DNA from: Callorhinchus milii
Taxonomy: Eukaryota
Direction: 5' to 3'
Length of the DNA stretch: 38,234 nt
NCBI RefSeq assembly: GCF_018977255.1
Contig: NW_024705503.1
Coordinates: 594-38,827 of the forward strand
Shown here: in pieces, positions 11,694-22,630 of the stretch
How the letters are laid out: each line of letters starts with the position of its first letter
How positions within the stretch are numbered: position 1 is the first letter of the stretch
Program-made: the position numbers and the translations under genes
Notes under the pieces: generated by a model
Told to the model about the DNA's origin: nothing
Database searches by the model: none
Seen by the model: the letters and a program-made list of their open reading frames with translations, nothing else

Positions 11694-13692
11694 CTGCGGG
11701 ACGCAAATTACAGTTTACTTAGAGTCATGGAATCATTGAATCTTTCAGCACAGGAAGAGGCCATTCAGCCCATCGTGTCTGTGAAAAGAGCTTTGAAAAG
11801 AGCTAACCAATACAATCCCACTCTCCCGCTATGAACACATAGACCTTTATAATTCCTGTTGATGCATCCAGCCAATTTCATACCGGAATTATCTTTCGAA
11901 TCTGTTTCCACCACCCCTTGAAGCAGCACATTGCATTCAATAACAATTTTCATTGAAAATAAATTCTTCTGCTCTGCACTCTTGTTCTGTTCCCACTTAT
12001 CTTACATTTGGGTTCATTGGTTACTGAACCACTTCCCATTGGAATCATGTTTTCCTTTTCTGCTCTCCGAAAAACACTCGCATCTGTGAACGCTTCAATT
12101 AAATCTCCCCTGAACCTTCGGTGCTCTCAGGAGAACATTGCCAGAACATACAAATTAATTCCTTCTGTCCTGGTATCATTTTGCCAAATCTCTTTCGCTC
12201 CCTGTCCAAGGCCTTCACACACTTCCTAATGTGTCCGTGAAAGGTACAACGATACACGTAAGGATTAATGTTACATCAACAGTAGAAAGAGCAAAGGAAT
12301 GTATTAAAGTAGACATCTCTTTTAGCTGAGCCATGTTTTATTGCAGACACAAACCCTATGTTTAATTCTGTGACACCATTGATAAGCCTCTCGTAAGTGT
12401 ACCGTTTAATTAAGCATTGATTTTCTAATTTTGTACTTGTTTGCTGTAGTGGATTGTCCGCGTTGAGGCTTTGGGTGTCTGTGTTCATGGGAATGTTCAG
12501 CAGAGAGTCAGGTGTCAGTTTGTACCGTTAAATCGGTGGGTTTACAGTTGAGGCAAATGGAAAGTTTCCCTTCTGTTAATGTCGTTACTTTATCATCGGT
12601 GCTGGAGGAGGTTCAGCCTCCGGTTTGTTGCCAATATCAGTTTCTCTCTCAGTCTGTGAACTGCTCAATGCAGTTTCACGTGTACCAGAAGCAAAGTGCT
12701 TTCTCTGTCTCTCTCTGTTTCTCTCTCCCTCTCTCTCTCTCTCTTTCCTTCTCTGTCTGTCTGTCTGTCTGTCTGCCTGTCTATCTATCCCTTTCTCTCA
12801 ATTATACCTTGGGCAAGTTTCCTTAGTCCTAATAGTAATTCCTCCAGAAAAATTGCAATAATAGATCGGTCATTTTCAATCCATGTCTGTTTGTGGGGCA
12901 TTGCTGTACGCAATTGGCTGCCGCGTTTGCCCACAAATGTACAGTCAATTCCGTTTACAGTATATTCTGTAAGGGATTTGAGACGTTTAGAAGACGTAAA
13001 AAGCGCGATAGCAATTGTAAGCATTATTATTATTATTACTATTATTATCCCTCTTTTGCTTTGTTGCTGAGTTGCTTGCTTTGTTCCTTTGTTTCTTTGT
13101 TGCTTTCTTTCTTTCTATCTTTCCCTCTTTCTCTCTAATTCTTTTTTCATTCTTTCTTCAAATTTCATGTCTTACATTTTCGCACGATGTATTGTTTCCG
13201 CAGGCTTGCATATGGACTTGCTTGTTGGTCTAGAATAAAGGAAAATTGCCTGGGAACACTCAGCGTATATGGAGAGACGAAGGTATGTTAACGTTTCAGG
13301 TCGATGAACTTGATTTAGAACTGTAGCCCCCACTTCTCGGGAGAGCAGAGGAGGATATGCACAGTAAGACATCGTTTGATCCAACCGCTATTGTACAGAT
13401 AAGTTTCCTGAATTCATATCAATGTACTCTGGTCATGTTCCTTTGGAACGACTATCCAGAACAAATCAGTAACTTTGGAAAAATTGGAAATAAAAGTCGG
13501 TCATTTGAGAAACAAACCTTAAAGCAGGAGCTTATTTTTATTTTCTCACCAAAACCATGAATTTTGTTTTCAAACTGTTTGTTGAAACGGCACATTTGTA
13601 CATAATTGGGAGCAATCGTTCAGAATAATGTTTTTTATAAACTCACGCAAATAAATTTCTATTTTCACCCGTTAGAAATGTTTCCCACTTAC

Positions 13693-13748
13693 TTTTCGTT
13701 ACAGTTACTTTGGTACCTGAACCATCTTCTGTATATTCACCGTAATAA
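13693..13748 (-). other. NAR-TCR J segment, cassette 2 (YYGEYTEDGSGTKVTVTK)
   Basis: RSS AGTTTTTGC-23-CACTGTG (13787-13749); GTAAGT donor 13692-13687. Confidence 0.9.
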
Positions 13749-14129
13749 CACAGTGACACAGCTCTCATTCTGCAAGGTGCAAAAACTGTTCCATCGAATC
13801 ATGGTTTAATCCTGGCACCAAAACAAGCAAATGCAGACAAATTGTTAATAAATTCCTATACTTACACTACAGTCCCATTTGTATAGTATTCGTTTGTCCA
13901 AATCATGCTTATTTTCAGTATGTTTTCCACATAAACACAGTCAAAGCGCAAAGACCGAAGAACATATTTCTGCAAATAATTCTACAAAATATGTGGAAAT
14001 AATTAATATTGAAAGCTAACTTTCGATACTTTCTGGAGCACAAAACAGGACAATGTTAGCGATGATCACGTCTCATGTATTTCCGTGAAAATTAGCAGTG
14101 CGGTAATTGTGATGATGTTTTCCAATGTG

Positions 14130-14144
14130 GGTTCCCCAGCGAAG
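14130..14144 (-). other. NAR-TCR D segment, cassette 2 (CTTCGCTGGGGAACC)
   Basis: 12-RSS on both sides: 14172-14145 and 14129-14102. Confidence 0.9.
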
Positions 14145-14533
14145 CACAGTGTTTAATGTCAACACAAAAACACAGGTTTGCAAAACAATTCAAATGATTT
14201 CTGCCATTTACAAATGATCAATTAATCACACAACGTGTAAATTTCTTTTGAATATTTTATTCGTAAATTTGCATGCCGTCTGTCTCTTGCAATACTTTAT
14301 AAGGTATATGAATCCAAACAACGTAGTAACTTCAGATTGATACACACTCACTTTTCCTAAGTATTATAACTGACAGTCGTTTCTTAAAAGAAGTATTCTT
14401 AAACATAGCTGCACATCACACACGAATGAGGAACATGCACTGATCTCATCGGCAATTTCACATTCTCTGTGTTTTTCCTGTGAGTTGGTGACGGGGCTTT
14501 TTGTATTGTTGGAAGCCCAGATACGGCATTGTG

Positions 14534-14819
14534 GTATCCCAGTAATATCGAGCTCTACAGTTATAATCAGCGCTGTCATCAACTTGCAAATCATTAATTT
14601 GCAGAGAAGAGGACCACGATTCCATGTCTGTCTTTGCAACAAACCGTCCTTCACGAGGGATGGGTTTCCAATCTCTTTCATTTGGAAACCGCCTATAAAA
14701 CTCCATACTTTTGAATCCGCTTTGATAACTTGCTGAGAAGACACAGTTGATGGTTAAAGACTCGCATTCTTCTCTTCTAACAGGAGACGGTGTCTGCGTT
14801 ACTTTAGCGCTGAAAACAT
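14534..14819 (-). CDS. NAR-TCR V exon, cassette 2, intact
   Basis: KVTQTPSPVRREECESLTINCVFSASYQSGFKSMEFYRR..DDSADYNCRARYYWD; RSS CACAATG-22-ACAAAAAGC (14533-14496). Confidence 0.9.
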
Positions 14820-15205
14820 CTGAAAATGATTCACAATATTACATCAGTTTAACAAATTTCAAATTTGACCACTTCTATTGCAAATCCATTGCAAGCATTG
14901 GCTTGTTTTCCCTTGATATCAGCTAAAATAATATAATCATGATTATGTAATATAATTATAATATTAATGAGTACATATCATTGTAATGTATAACGAAATT
15001 AAAGCAAAATAATTGACTGCCGCGTTTCGCCCACAAAATACAAAGTTATTTCAGTACACAAACCAATGTTTGAAGCGACCTGAGACGTCCCATCCACATC
15101 TTAACGCTATACATCAATTACACGGATTATCTATATTGTGCAAATATAGTACTGATGACATTCACTGCTGCAGTGTAGTGCTGTGTTGTGGAAACAACCA
15201 CTTAC

Positions 15206-15248
15206 ATTGTAAGAAGAGGAAGGAGATGGAGACACAGAGGAGAGACAT
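15206..15248 (-). CDS. NAR-TCR cassette 2 leader exon (MSLLCVSISFLFLQ)
   Basis: 43 nt, GTAAGT donor 15205-15200. Confidence 0.9.
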
Positions 15249-15339
15249 TCTCTCACCGCTGGGAGATACCGTCAGCCCCGGACACCTCAGAGTGACTGTG
15301 AGTAACACAGAGCTGTTCTGTAAGAGTGTTGGAGACTTG

Positions 15340-15368
15340 GTTTATTTGTGATGAACAGCGTCACATCA
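15340..15368 (-). promoter_or_regulatory. Putative NAR-V promoter: TGATGTGACGCT plus AAATAAA
   Basis: About 95-120 nt upstream of the leader ATG; conserved at 21858-21885 and about 28375-28403, variant at about 2420-2452. Confidence 0.4.
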
Positions 15369-16039
15369 TGGCTGGTGTCAGCGGCTTTGAGGGGTGGGCG
15401 GGGTGCGGTTTGTGTATGGAGGGGAAGAACATGTGTGCGGAAAGGGACTGATTAACTGTGCCCGAGAGCAATGGGCAGAGAGGGGGATTTGGTGATGACT
15501 GTTCGAGGCTCATTTAGGTTTAAATGGACAACTGACGGGGAAGCCAACGAGAGGGAGTATAACCTGACACTGTGAAGGGACAAAGGCTGTATGATGTAGA
15601 GAGGGACTTCACTGAGAATTGGGAAAGACACAGAAATAAACTATTTACACACCTTTGACTTGGAGTGAGTTCTATTGCAGTGACCAGCAGCAGGACGGGG
15701 AAGCCGGTCAATGCAGCAGTGAGATAGTGAGATATGGGTGATGATGGGTAAGAAGGAGGAGGGAGAAATAGGGGTAAAGGAGTATGTGTTGGGGTGTTAT
15801 ATATTTCGTGGGGATAGAAGGGGTGACAAGGAGATGAAGGGCTGCGGGGACATGGAGGAGGAAGAGAAGGCAGCGAATATGATGATTACTATTCAGAATA
15901 TCATGTGAAGTGGTTTACAACGACTTAACGTTATGGTAATTCACTTTATGATAATAATAATAATTATTCTCATTGTTATTAATTCACTTTGTTACATACA
16001 ACCATTATTATTAATAATTAATGTCTCGGACTATCTGGT

Positions 16040-16042
16040 CCA

Positions 16043-16075
<33 letters not shown>

Positions 16076-16230
16076 ATCTCTCTCTCTCTCTCGCTCTCTC
16101 TCGCTCTCTCTCTTTCTTTGGATCCGCAGGAAATTTTCCTGCTGCACACACACATCCACACACACACAAATATACACATACACACGAAGAAACACACACA
16201 CACATATACACACACTCAGACACACACGCT
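16040..16230. repeat. Compound microsatellite (TCTG)n/(TC)n/(CA)n upstream of NAR promoters
   Basis: Equivalent tracts at 22495-22710, 29010-29230 (partly gap), 35630-35830 and around the gap at 3423-3650; another (TC)/(TCTG) tract at 12700-12790. Confidence 0.9.
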
Positions 16231-17476
16231 CTCTTTAGCGTTAAGCACAAATCTGCCTAATTTTCGAATGTTGGACCTCTTTCCAGTGGCAAAAATCTCT
16301 ACAATATAATAACGATAATAATTTGATTACTTAATCCACGACTGTGTATAGGAAGCGGCCTATGTTTTTCCTTTTCGCCTAAAAAACAATCATTACCCTT
16401 TGCAGCATGTTCGGTGAAAAGTTTTGGGGAGTCTCGTTGACGCGATGAGACGCTGTGTAAAATGCAACGAATGTTATTTTTATTGAAAGTCCTTTCACGA
16501 AGGTCATTGGTTTTGAGCACTGAGATGATTTAGGGGGTGTGAGGAGGGAGCTGATCTCTAGTGGAATTGGAAGCTTGTGACTATTTTTTGACTTGAACGA
16601 TGGACTGGGAGGGAAAAGCAGTTTGGGACTGTGTGTGAGGGAGAGTAGATATATTTGATCATGTTGGAGCCCACTTTATTCTTATAACCATAATAATCCT
16701 TGCATTTGATACTCAACATTTTCACGTCCCAAAGCCATTCAAAAATATACTGAAGAGTTGATCTATTTCATGTTGAGGTGGTAAAACGAATCAGCCAATT
16801 GTGCTCATCAGTGGCCCACAAACAGTCGTAGATTGAGTGACCGAATTAATATTTTAGTTATGTAATTATTGACATGTTTTAAAATAAACATGTAATTGCT
16901 TTATTTTAAGGGATTATTGCCGCCGGTAAGTTGTCTTCCAAATGAATAACATGTGTGTTCCTATTTATTGTTAAATATACAAAGGCGAGTTTGGCTTAAG
17001 GAAACTTGTCGAAGGTTTCTCCCCACACGAGAATCGGACTCAGATCATCTCACTTGCGAAACTTGTGTTTTGACCACTAAGTTAAAAGACTCCACATTAT
17101 TGCACGAATGAGGTATCTTCCTGACGTGAAAGCTGCTGTTTAACAGTCAGTTTTATTTTATTGTTATATGTCGGCACCTATCGGCATTTCAGTAGAATGT
17201 CAGTGTGTATTCGTGGTTTGAGTGACCAAATTATTACTATTATTTAAAGAACTTATTAACCCCAGAAACCAATCCCTCAATCGACTAACAATCGTGTTCT
17301 TATTTACTGCTAAACAAACTGAGGTGTGTGGAGTAAGGAAAGTTGCTCAATATTTTGCACGGCTGGGAATCAAACACAAGTCTCTCGCTTGCGAGGCGAG
17401 TGCTCTTACCACTGAGCTGCAAGGCTCCACCTTGGGAGGTTTTTGTACAGGGAAGTCATTGACTTGCAGCACTGTG

Positions 17477-17788
17477 CTTCTGCTCTTAAGCCGCAATAAT
17501 ATGTGGCAGCGTCAGTGACAATGACACTGGATATGCTTAATGTGGTTTTTCTCTGATTCGTGTCAAGCTGTGAAGTGAAACGGCCTTTGGCGAAATCTGC
17601 TGTGTTGTCATTTCCATCAGTATCCCTGTAGAGAATGTATTGGGGAGCCAGACCTGGGTGATGTCTGTACCAGTACAGAGCAGCATAGGACGAGCTGGTG
17701 GTATATGAGCAGCTCAGACTCACTGTGTCTCCCTCTTGTTTGCTCAGCCCCGCTGTCTGCTGTCTGACTGAGTCTCCCAGCACCACAT
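17477..17788 (-). CDS. TRAV/TRDV-type V exon, family B, intact
   Basis: DSVRQQ..EGDTVSLSC..LYWYRHHP..DAATYYCGLRAE; consensus RSS CACAGTG-23-ACAAAAACC (17476-17438). Confidence 0.92.
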
Positions 17789-17831
17789 CTGCAACGAGAG
17801 GAAAGGATCAAAATCAAACATAGAGCTATTG

Positions 17832-18200
17832 CAGTCCTGTAGTTCAGTGGCTGTGCACTCGCCTCGCAAGCGTTCGGATCAGGGTTCAATTCCCGGACAG
17901 GACAGGGATAAATCTGAGGCAAGTTTACTTACTACACATAAACGCCTCTGTTTACCAATCAATAAGTAGGAACCCAGTTGTTTGAAGATTGGCGGAAGCT
18001 TTTCCTCGGATAATAAATTTAAAAAAATAAACGTGGTCACTCAATCCACCACTTTTTGTGGAAGTCTCATGTACACAAATGGCAGCCGCGTTTCTCTCTC
18101 ACCATTGCGATCAGTTGACTTGTCCATGAATACTGAGACGCGCTTTGTGACGCCTTCGTTATATGAAGGCGTTTCATCAAACATGAAAATTACTATTATT
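17832..18200 (+). mobile_element. tRNA-derived SINE in the family-B intron (orthologous copies at about 30833-31190 and 37945-38234)
   Basis: GTCCTGTAGTTCAGTGG..GGTTCAATTCC head at the same position in all three family-B paralogs, so the insertion predates the duplications. Confidence 0.75.
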
Positions 18201-18341
18201 AGCTTTCCATTGCTAACATCTCAACGAACAAACCCAGCTCGGTTGACCAACCAGGTCTGCCAAACGCAATGACCCATCATCCTACTGATGAAAACGCCTC
18301 TTTATTAATATCAATCTGTACTGTATGTTTCACAGCCTCAC

Positions 18342-18387
18342 CTGACATAAACCTCAATATGAGAAGGTATTCGATGAACAGCCACAT
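18342..18387 (-). CDS. Leader exon of family-B V (MWLFIEYLLILRFMS)
   Basis: 46 nt, GTGAG donor, in frame with exon at 17788. Confidence 0.85.
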
Positions 18388-18639
18388 TGTCGCTCTTGAG
18401 AAAGAAGACTTTGCCATCAGAGTTTGATGATTGAAAGTGTATGTCGACGGTGAAGGGTTTCAACATCACATCCGTGACCCCACAGCAGCGTTTCCTTGAC
18501 ACACTTACCCCGTGACATTGTCACGCTACTAAATATGGGCGTTGGGCTACACTCATTTACATGCTCAATGATTTCAGAGCCACCACAAGATGATATCAAA
18601 GCTGCTGTGGATAAATTTTGCTGAGAACGAATCGTAATG

Positions 18640-18960
18640 TCCTTGCATTTGATAAAGCGTCTTTGGACATCAACTACAACAATAAACAGCTATAAGTAGC
18701 CTCTTTCACTTTTTTCGGACGTCCCTAGTCGCTGGAGAGTGAAGGCGTTTGTACTCGAGATTTTAGAGGGGAGACAGCATGGTGGGTGGAGGAGGGATGA
18801 TCACTGAAGAGTCGCTTGAGAAGGATGGTCTTCAGACAGGCACTGAATGAGGCAAGGGGACACGAACGTTTGAGAAGATGTTGTAGATCCTCTTCCAACT
18901 TTAGATGCTAACAGCGTCTCTGCCACCGAACATCAGCGACCTCCACAAACACTAAATTCA
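18640..18960 (-). mobile_element. Degenerate L2 3'-end fragment (paralog at about 31640-31960)
   Basis: Reverse complement resembles the LINE 3' region (tccttcaaggccggtctcaaaacctttctctt..ggcgct.tat.aaatg.a.g); bounds approximate. Confidence 0.5.
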
Positions 18961-19613
18961 CTATGTTATGAATACTAAAGCTTCCAGGACTCTCACTTCG
19001 ATCAGACAGAATATCGCTGATCGCTTCGATTTGTTCCTTGGGATATTTGATGCTCATTTGAACAGTGATGGATTGAGAGACCAACACTATTTTGAAGGAT
19101 GTATCATTCCCGCGGAAAAGCGATTCGCCGATCGATTTACACCCGGGTTGTTTATCGCTGCGAGATAAACAGCGGTCTGTGTGTGGAGTAAGGAAACTTG
19201 CCTAAGAATTTACAAGGCCCGGAATTGAACCAGGGTCCTCCTGTTTGTCAGACGAGTGTTGTTCCCACTCCGCCACACAGCTCCGTGCAAATTAACAAAA
19301 AACAAAATAAACATGATTTGGTTTGATTTTATTTGTAACCTGAAGTCAACCAAAAGCAACTGGGCCTGTAATGCCTACGTCGTTCACTAATTGTTTTCTG
19401 CATTTAATGTGACAGATAATGATGTGAACGGTTAGCTGACACGTTGATGAGAGGTGAATGTGGTTACCGCTGAGTCTGGATACAGTCATTTTTGCCCCCT
19501 CAGGGACTAAAGGCCTGACCAATGTTCCGCACATACCTCAACAGACATAACATCTCTGTGTACAAAGTAAAGTCAGTTTTTGTACGAGACCTCCGGTGCT
19601 GTCTATCATTGTG

Positions 19614-19713
19614 GTGAGACTAAAGGCACAGTAATACACAGCGCTGTCAGACACCACCAGCCCAGAGATAAACAAACTGGTTGATGAACTGAATTTTTGT
19701 AGCTGAGCAGAGA
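19614..19713 (-). pseudogene. 5'-truncated family-A V fragment with intact RSS
   Basis: SAQLQKFSSSTSLFISGLVVSDSAVYYCAFSL, homologous to the 3' third of 32597-32909; RSS CACAATG-23-ACAAAAACT (19613-19575); 5' side fused to NAR J intron sequence. Confidence 0.85.
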
Positions 19714-20210
19714 GGAGGCAAAGGAAACTGAGCTAATATTCTTGGATGATGATCTTGCGGCGGGGGCAGGGGATGGGTGGTTTGGAGTGGCGCTGGAAGG
19801 TATCGATTTATGGAACATTTCACATTGGAACCAACCGAGTTCCAAGGAGACCAAACTGATCGGTAGAATAGGGGTTGGTATGGATCTTTAATACGCCATT
19901 AACCCAACATACATTGTTTAAATAAAACAAGTTATCATAATTTACATTCAACAGGTCCTCTGGGCTTGTCCGTTTGAACCACATTACAGACAATGTCAAT
20001 GTCTGCAAAAGATAACAAATTGGAACCTGGTCATTTGAGAATCGAGCTTCCTAGTGGGAGTTCATTAATCTTTTCCACAACACAGGCCGTTTTTTTTCAA
20101 AATTCGTTAATTGGATTGTAGAAACTTTCCAGTTGCAAATAATTGGGAGCATTTTACATTTCATGTGCAACAAATTTTATTGCAATTCGACAGATTTTTT
20201 CCTCACTTAC

Positions 20211-20257
20211 TTTTGGTTACGGTTACTTTGGTTCCTGATCCATCTTTGCTATAATGC
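20211..20257 (-). other. NAR-TCR J segment, cassette 3 (HYSKDGSGTKVTVTK)
   Basis: RSS AGTTTTTGC-23-GACTGTG (20296-20258); GTAAGT donor 20210-20205. Confidence 0.88.
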
Positions 20258-20639
20258 CACAGTCACACAACACTCCTTCTACACCGTGCAAAAACTTTTA
20301 TAACAGAAAATAGTTTAATCCTGGCAACAAAACCATAAAATGCTGACAAATTGATCACTAACTCCTATCTCTCCACTTCTGTCCCATCTTCATTCTTTCA
20401 TTTATCCAAATTATGTTTATCTTCAATATTGTTTCCACCAAAACACAGAAAAAATGCACGTCCCATAGAAGAACTCTCTGCAAATAATTCCTGAACATGT
20501 CTGCTTGAAATAATCAATTTTGAAAGATAACTTACGATGCATTCAGGTGAAAAAAATTGGGCAAATGTATCAGTGATCACGCCTCGTGTTTTTCGATGAA
20601 AATGGCAGTGCGGTATTTGCACTGATGCTTTTCAATGTG

Positions 20640-20653
20640 TCTTCCCCAGCCAG
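20640..20653 (-). other. NAR-TCR D segment, cassette 3 (CTGGCTGGGGAAGA)
   Basis: 12/12 RSS, somewhat divergent: TTTATTTGT-12-TGCTGTG and CACATTG-12-GCAAATACC. Confidence 0.82.
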
Positions 20654-21046
20654 CACAGCATTCAATGTCAACACAAATAAAATAGTTTGGCAAAACAAGA
20701 GAAATTATTTCTGCCATTTACCAATGATCAATCAAGCACATAATGCGTAAGATTCTTTTTAATATTCTCCTAGTGGGACTTTGCATGTCGTCTGTCACTT
20801 GCGAAAAAATGTTAGGTATATGATTTCATACAACGTACTAACTTGAGGTTCAAACTGAATAATGTTTGCTAAGTATTTATAACTAATGGTAGTTTCTAAA
20901 AGGAAGTGTTATTAAACTTCACTGCACGTCACACAGGAATGAGGAATGTGCATTAAATTAGTTGACAAGTTCACAGTCTCCGCGTTTTTCCTGTGAGTTG
21001 CTGAAGGCGCTTCTTGTATTGTCGGAAGCCCAGTTACAGCATTGTG

Positions 21047-21330
21047 GTACCTGTAGTATCGAGCTTTACAGTAATAGTTAGCGCTGTCTTCAACTTGCAA
21101 ATCATTAATTTCCAGCAAAGACGTCTTCGATCCAGCGTCTGTCTTTACAACAAATCGTCCTCCAAGAGGGATCCGCTTCCAATGTTCCTCACTGTGAAAA
21201 TGTCTAAAATAGTCCATGCTCTTGAAAGTCTCATAATAACCTGCTTCAAAGACACAATTGATGGTCAAAGACTCGCATTCTTCTCTCCTAAGAGACGGTG
21301 GTGTTTGCTTTACTGAGGCACTGAAAACAT
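21047..21330 (-). CDS. NAR-TCR V exon, cassette 3, intact
   Basis: SVKQTPPSLRREECESLTINCVFEAGYYETFKSMDYFRH..DSANYYCKARYYRY; RSS CACAATG-22-ACAAGAAGC (21046-21009). Confidence 0.9.
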
Positions 21331-21722
21331 CTGAAAATTATACACAACAAAACATAAGTTTAATAGATAGAAAACACTGACCAATTCGATTAAAATTAAT
21401 CCCAAGCCTCAGCTTGATTTTGCTAGATACCGAATGATATAATGCTGCCTTGATTAAGAATATACTTATAATATCTATTGACATAAGTAATTATAATGTA
21501 AAATATAACAATGTAATTGATCTCAGTTCCCTGCCGCATTTCGCGCACAATAAACACACTCAAAAATACACGTTACAATATGTTCCATGAAGCGATTTGA
21601 TACGTCTCATCGACTTCATGAGGCGCTCTATCAATCAATAAATTATAATTATCATGTTGCACATTGTAATGATGACATTCACTGGCGCTGTGTCGTGCTG
21701 TGTAATGGAAACAAACACTTAC

Positions 21723-21765
21723 AATGTAAGAAGAGGAAGGAGATGGAGACACAGAGGAGAGACAT
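21723..21765 (-). CDS. NAR-TCR cassette 3 leader exon (MSLLCVSISFLFLH)
   Basis: 43 nt, GTAAGT donor 21722-21717. Confidence 0.9.
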
Positions 21766-22594
21766 CCTATCACCGCTGGGAGTTACAGTCAGCCCCGGAC
21801 ACCTCAGAGTGACTGTAAGTAAAACAGAACTGTGCTGTAAGAGTGTTGGAGACTTGGTTTATTTGTGATGAACAGCGTCACATCATGGCTGGTGTCAGCG
21901 GCTTTGAGGGGTGGGCGGGGGATGGTTTGGGGGTGGAGGGTAACAATATACATGAGGAAAGGGACTGACTCACTGTGCCCGAGAGCAGTGGGCAGAGAGG
22001 GCGACTTGGGAATAACTATTCGAGTCTCATTTAGGTTTAAATAGACAATTGACGGGGAAGCCAACGAGATGGAGTAGAATCTGACACTGTGAGAGGGACA
22101 AAGGTGTAGAGTGAGCTTTACTGGGAATTGGGAAAGACATGTAAAGAAAATACATACACTCCTTTGCCTTGGAGTGTGTTCTGTTTCAGTGACCAGCAGC
22201 AGGACCGGGAAGCCGGTCAAGGCAGCAGAGTGTTAGCGAGATGTGGGTGATGATGGGTGAGGAGTAGGAGGGAGAAATCGGGGTAATGAGTGTGGGGTTG
22301 GGTGGTTATATAATCCTTGGGTACAAAACGGGTGACAAAGAGATGAAGGGCCGCAGGCGGACATGAAGGAGGAAGAGAAGGCAGCTCATATGATGCTCAA
22401 TTTTCAGCGTATCATTTGAAGTGGTTTATCACGAATTAAATATATGGAAATGCACCTTTTTTAAATACAAACATTATTATTAATCCCTGACTTGTCTGTC
22501 TGTATGTCTGTGTATCTGTGTGTGTGTTTTTTTTCTGTGTCTGTCTGTCTGTCTCTCTGTCCGTCTGTGTGTGTTTCTCTCTCTCTCGCTCTCA

Positions 22595-22630
<36 letters not shown>

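Noticed and set aside
11884-11953. ATG mini-exon with a phase-1 GTATGA donor upstream of the supporting V
   Set aside because: The peptide MKIVIECNVLLQGVVETDSKDNS is charged and lacks a hydrophobic core, so it is not a credible signal peptide. It remains a caveat to the 'leaderless' call
15520-15711. Hydrophobic ORF TGFPVLLLVT.. repeated upstream of NAR leaders
   Set aside because: It starts at TTG, not ATG, frames diverge between copies, and conservation follows module duplication
16018-16309. ORFs over microsatellites and N runs (also 3258-3672, 12625-13070, 22461-22800, 25850-26206, 28947-29387, 35448-35852)
   Set aside because: Low-complexity or gap artefacts
19690-19730. Strong-looking cryptic acceptor (tttcctttgcctcctctctgctcag) created at the cassette-3 deletion junction
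   Set aside because: Splicing from the phase-1 J donor is out of frame with the V fragment and hits TGA before the RSS
19820-19875. J-like peptide YSTDQFGLLGTRLVP (also about 26345-26400)
   Set aside because: FG-x-G spacing is off by one, there is no RSS upstream and the donor is poor; at most a relic, not supportable
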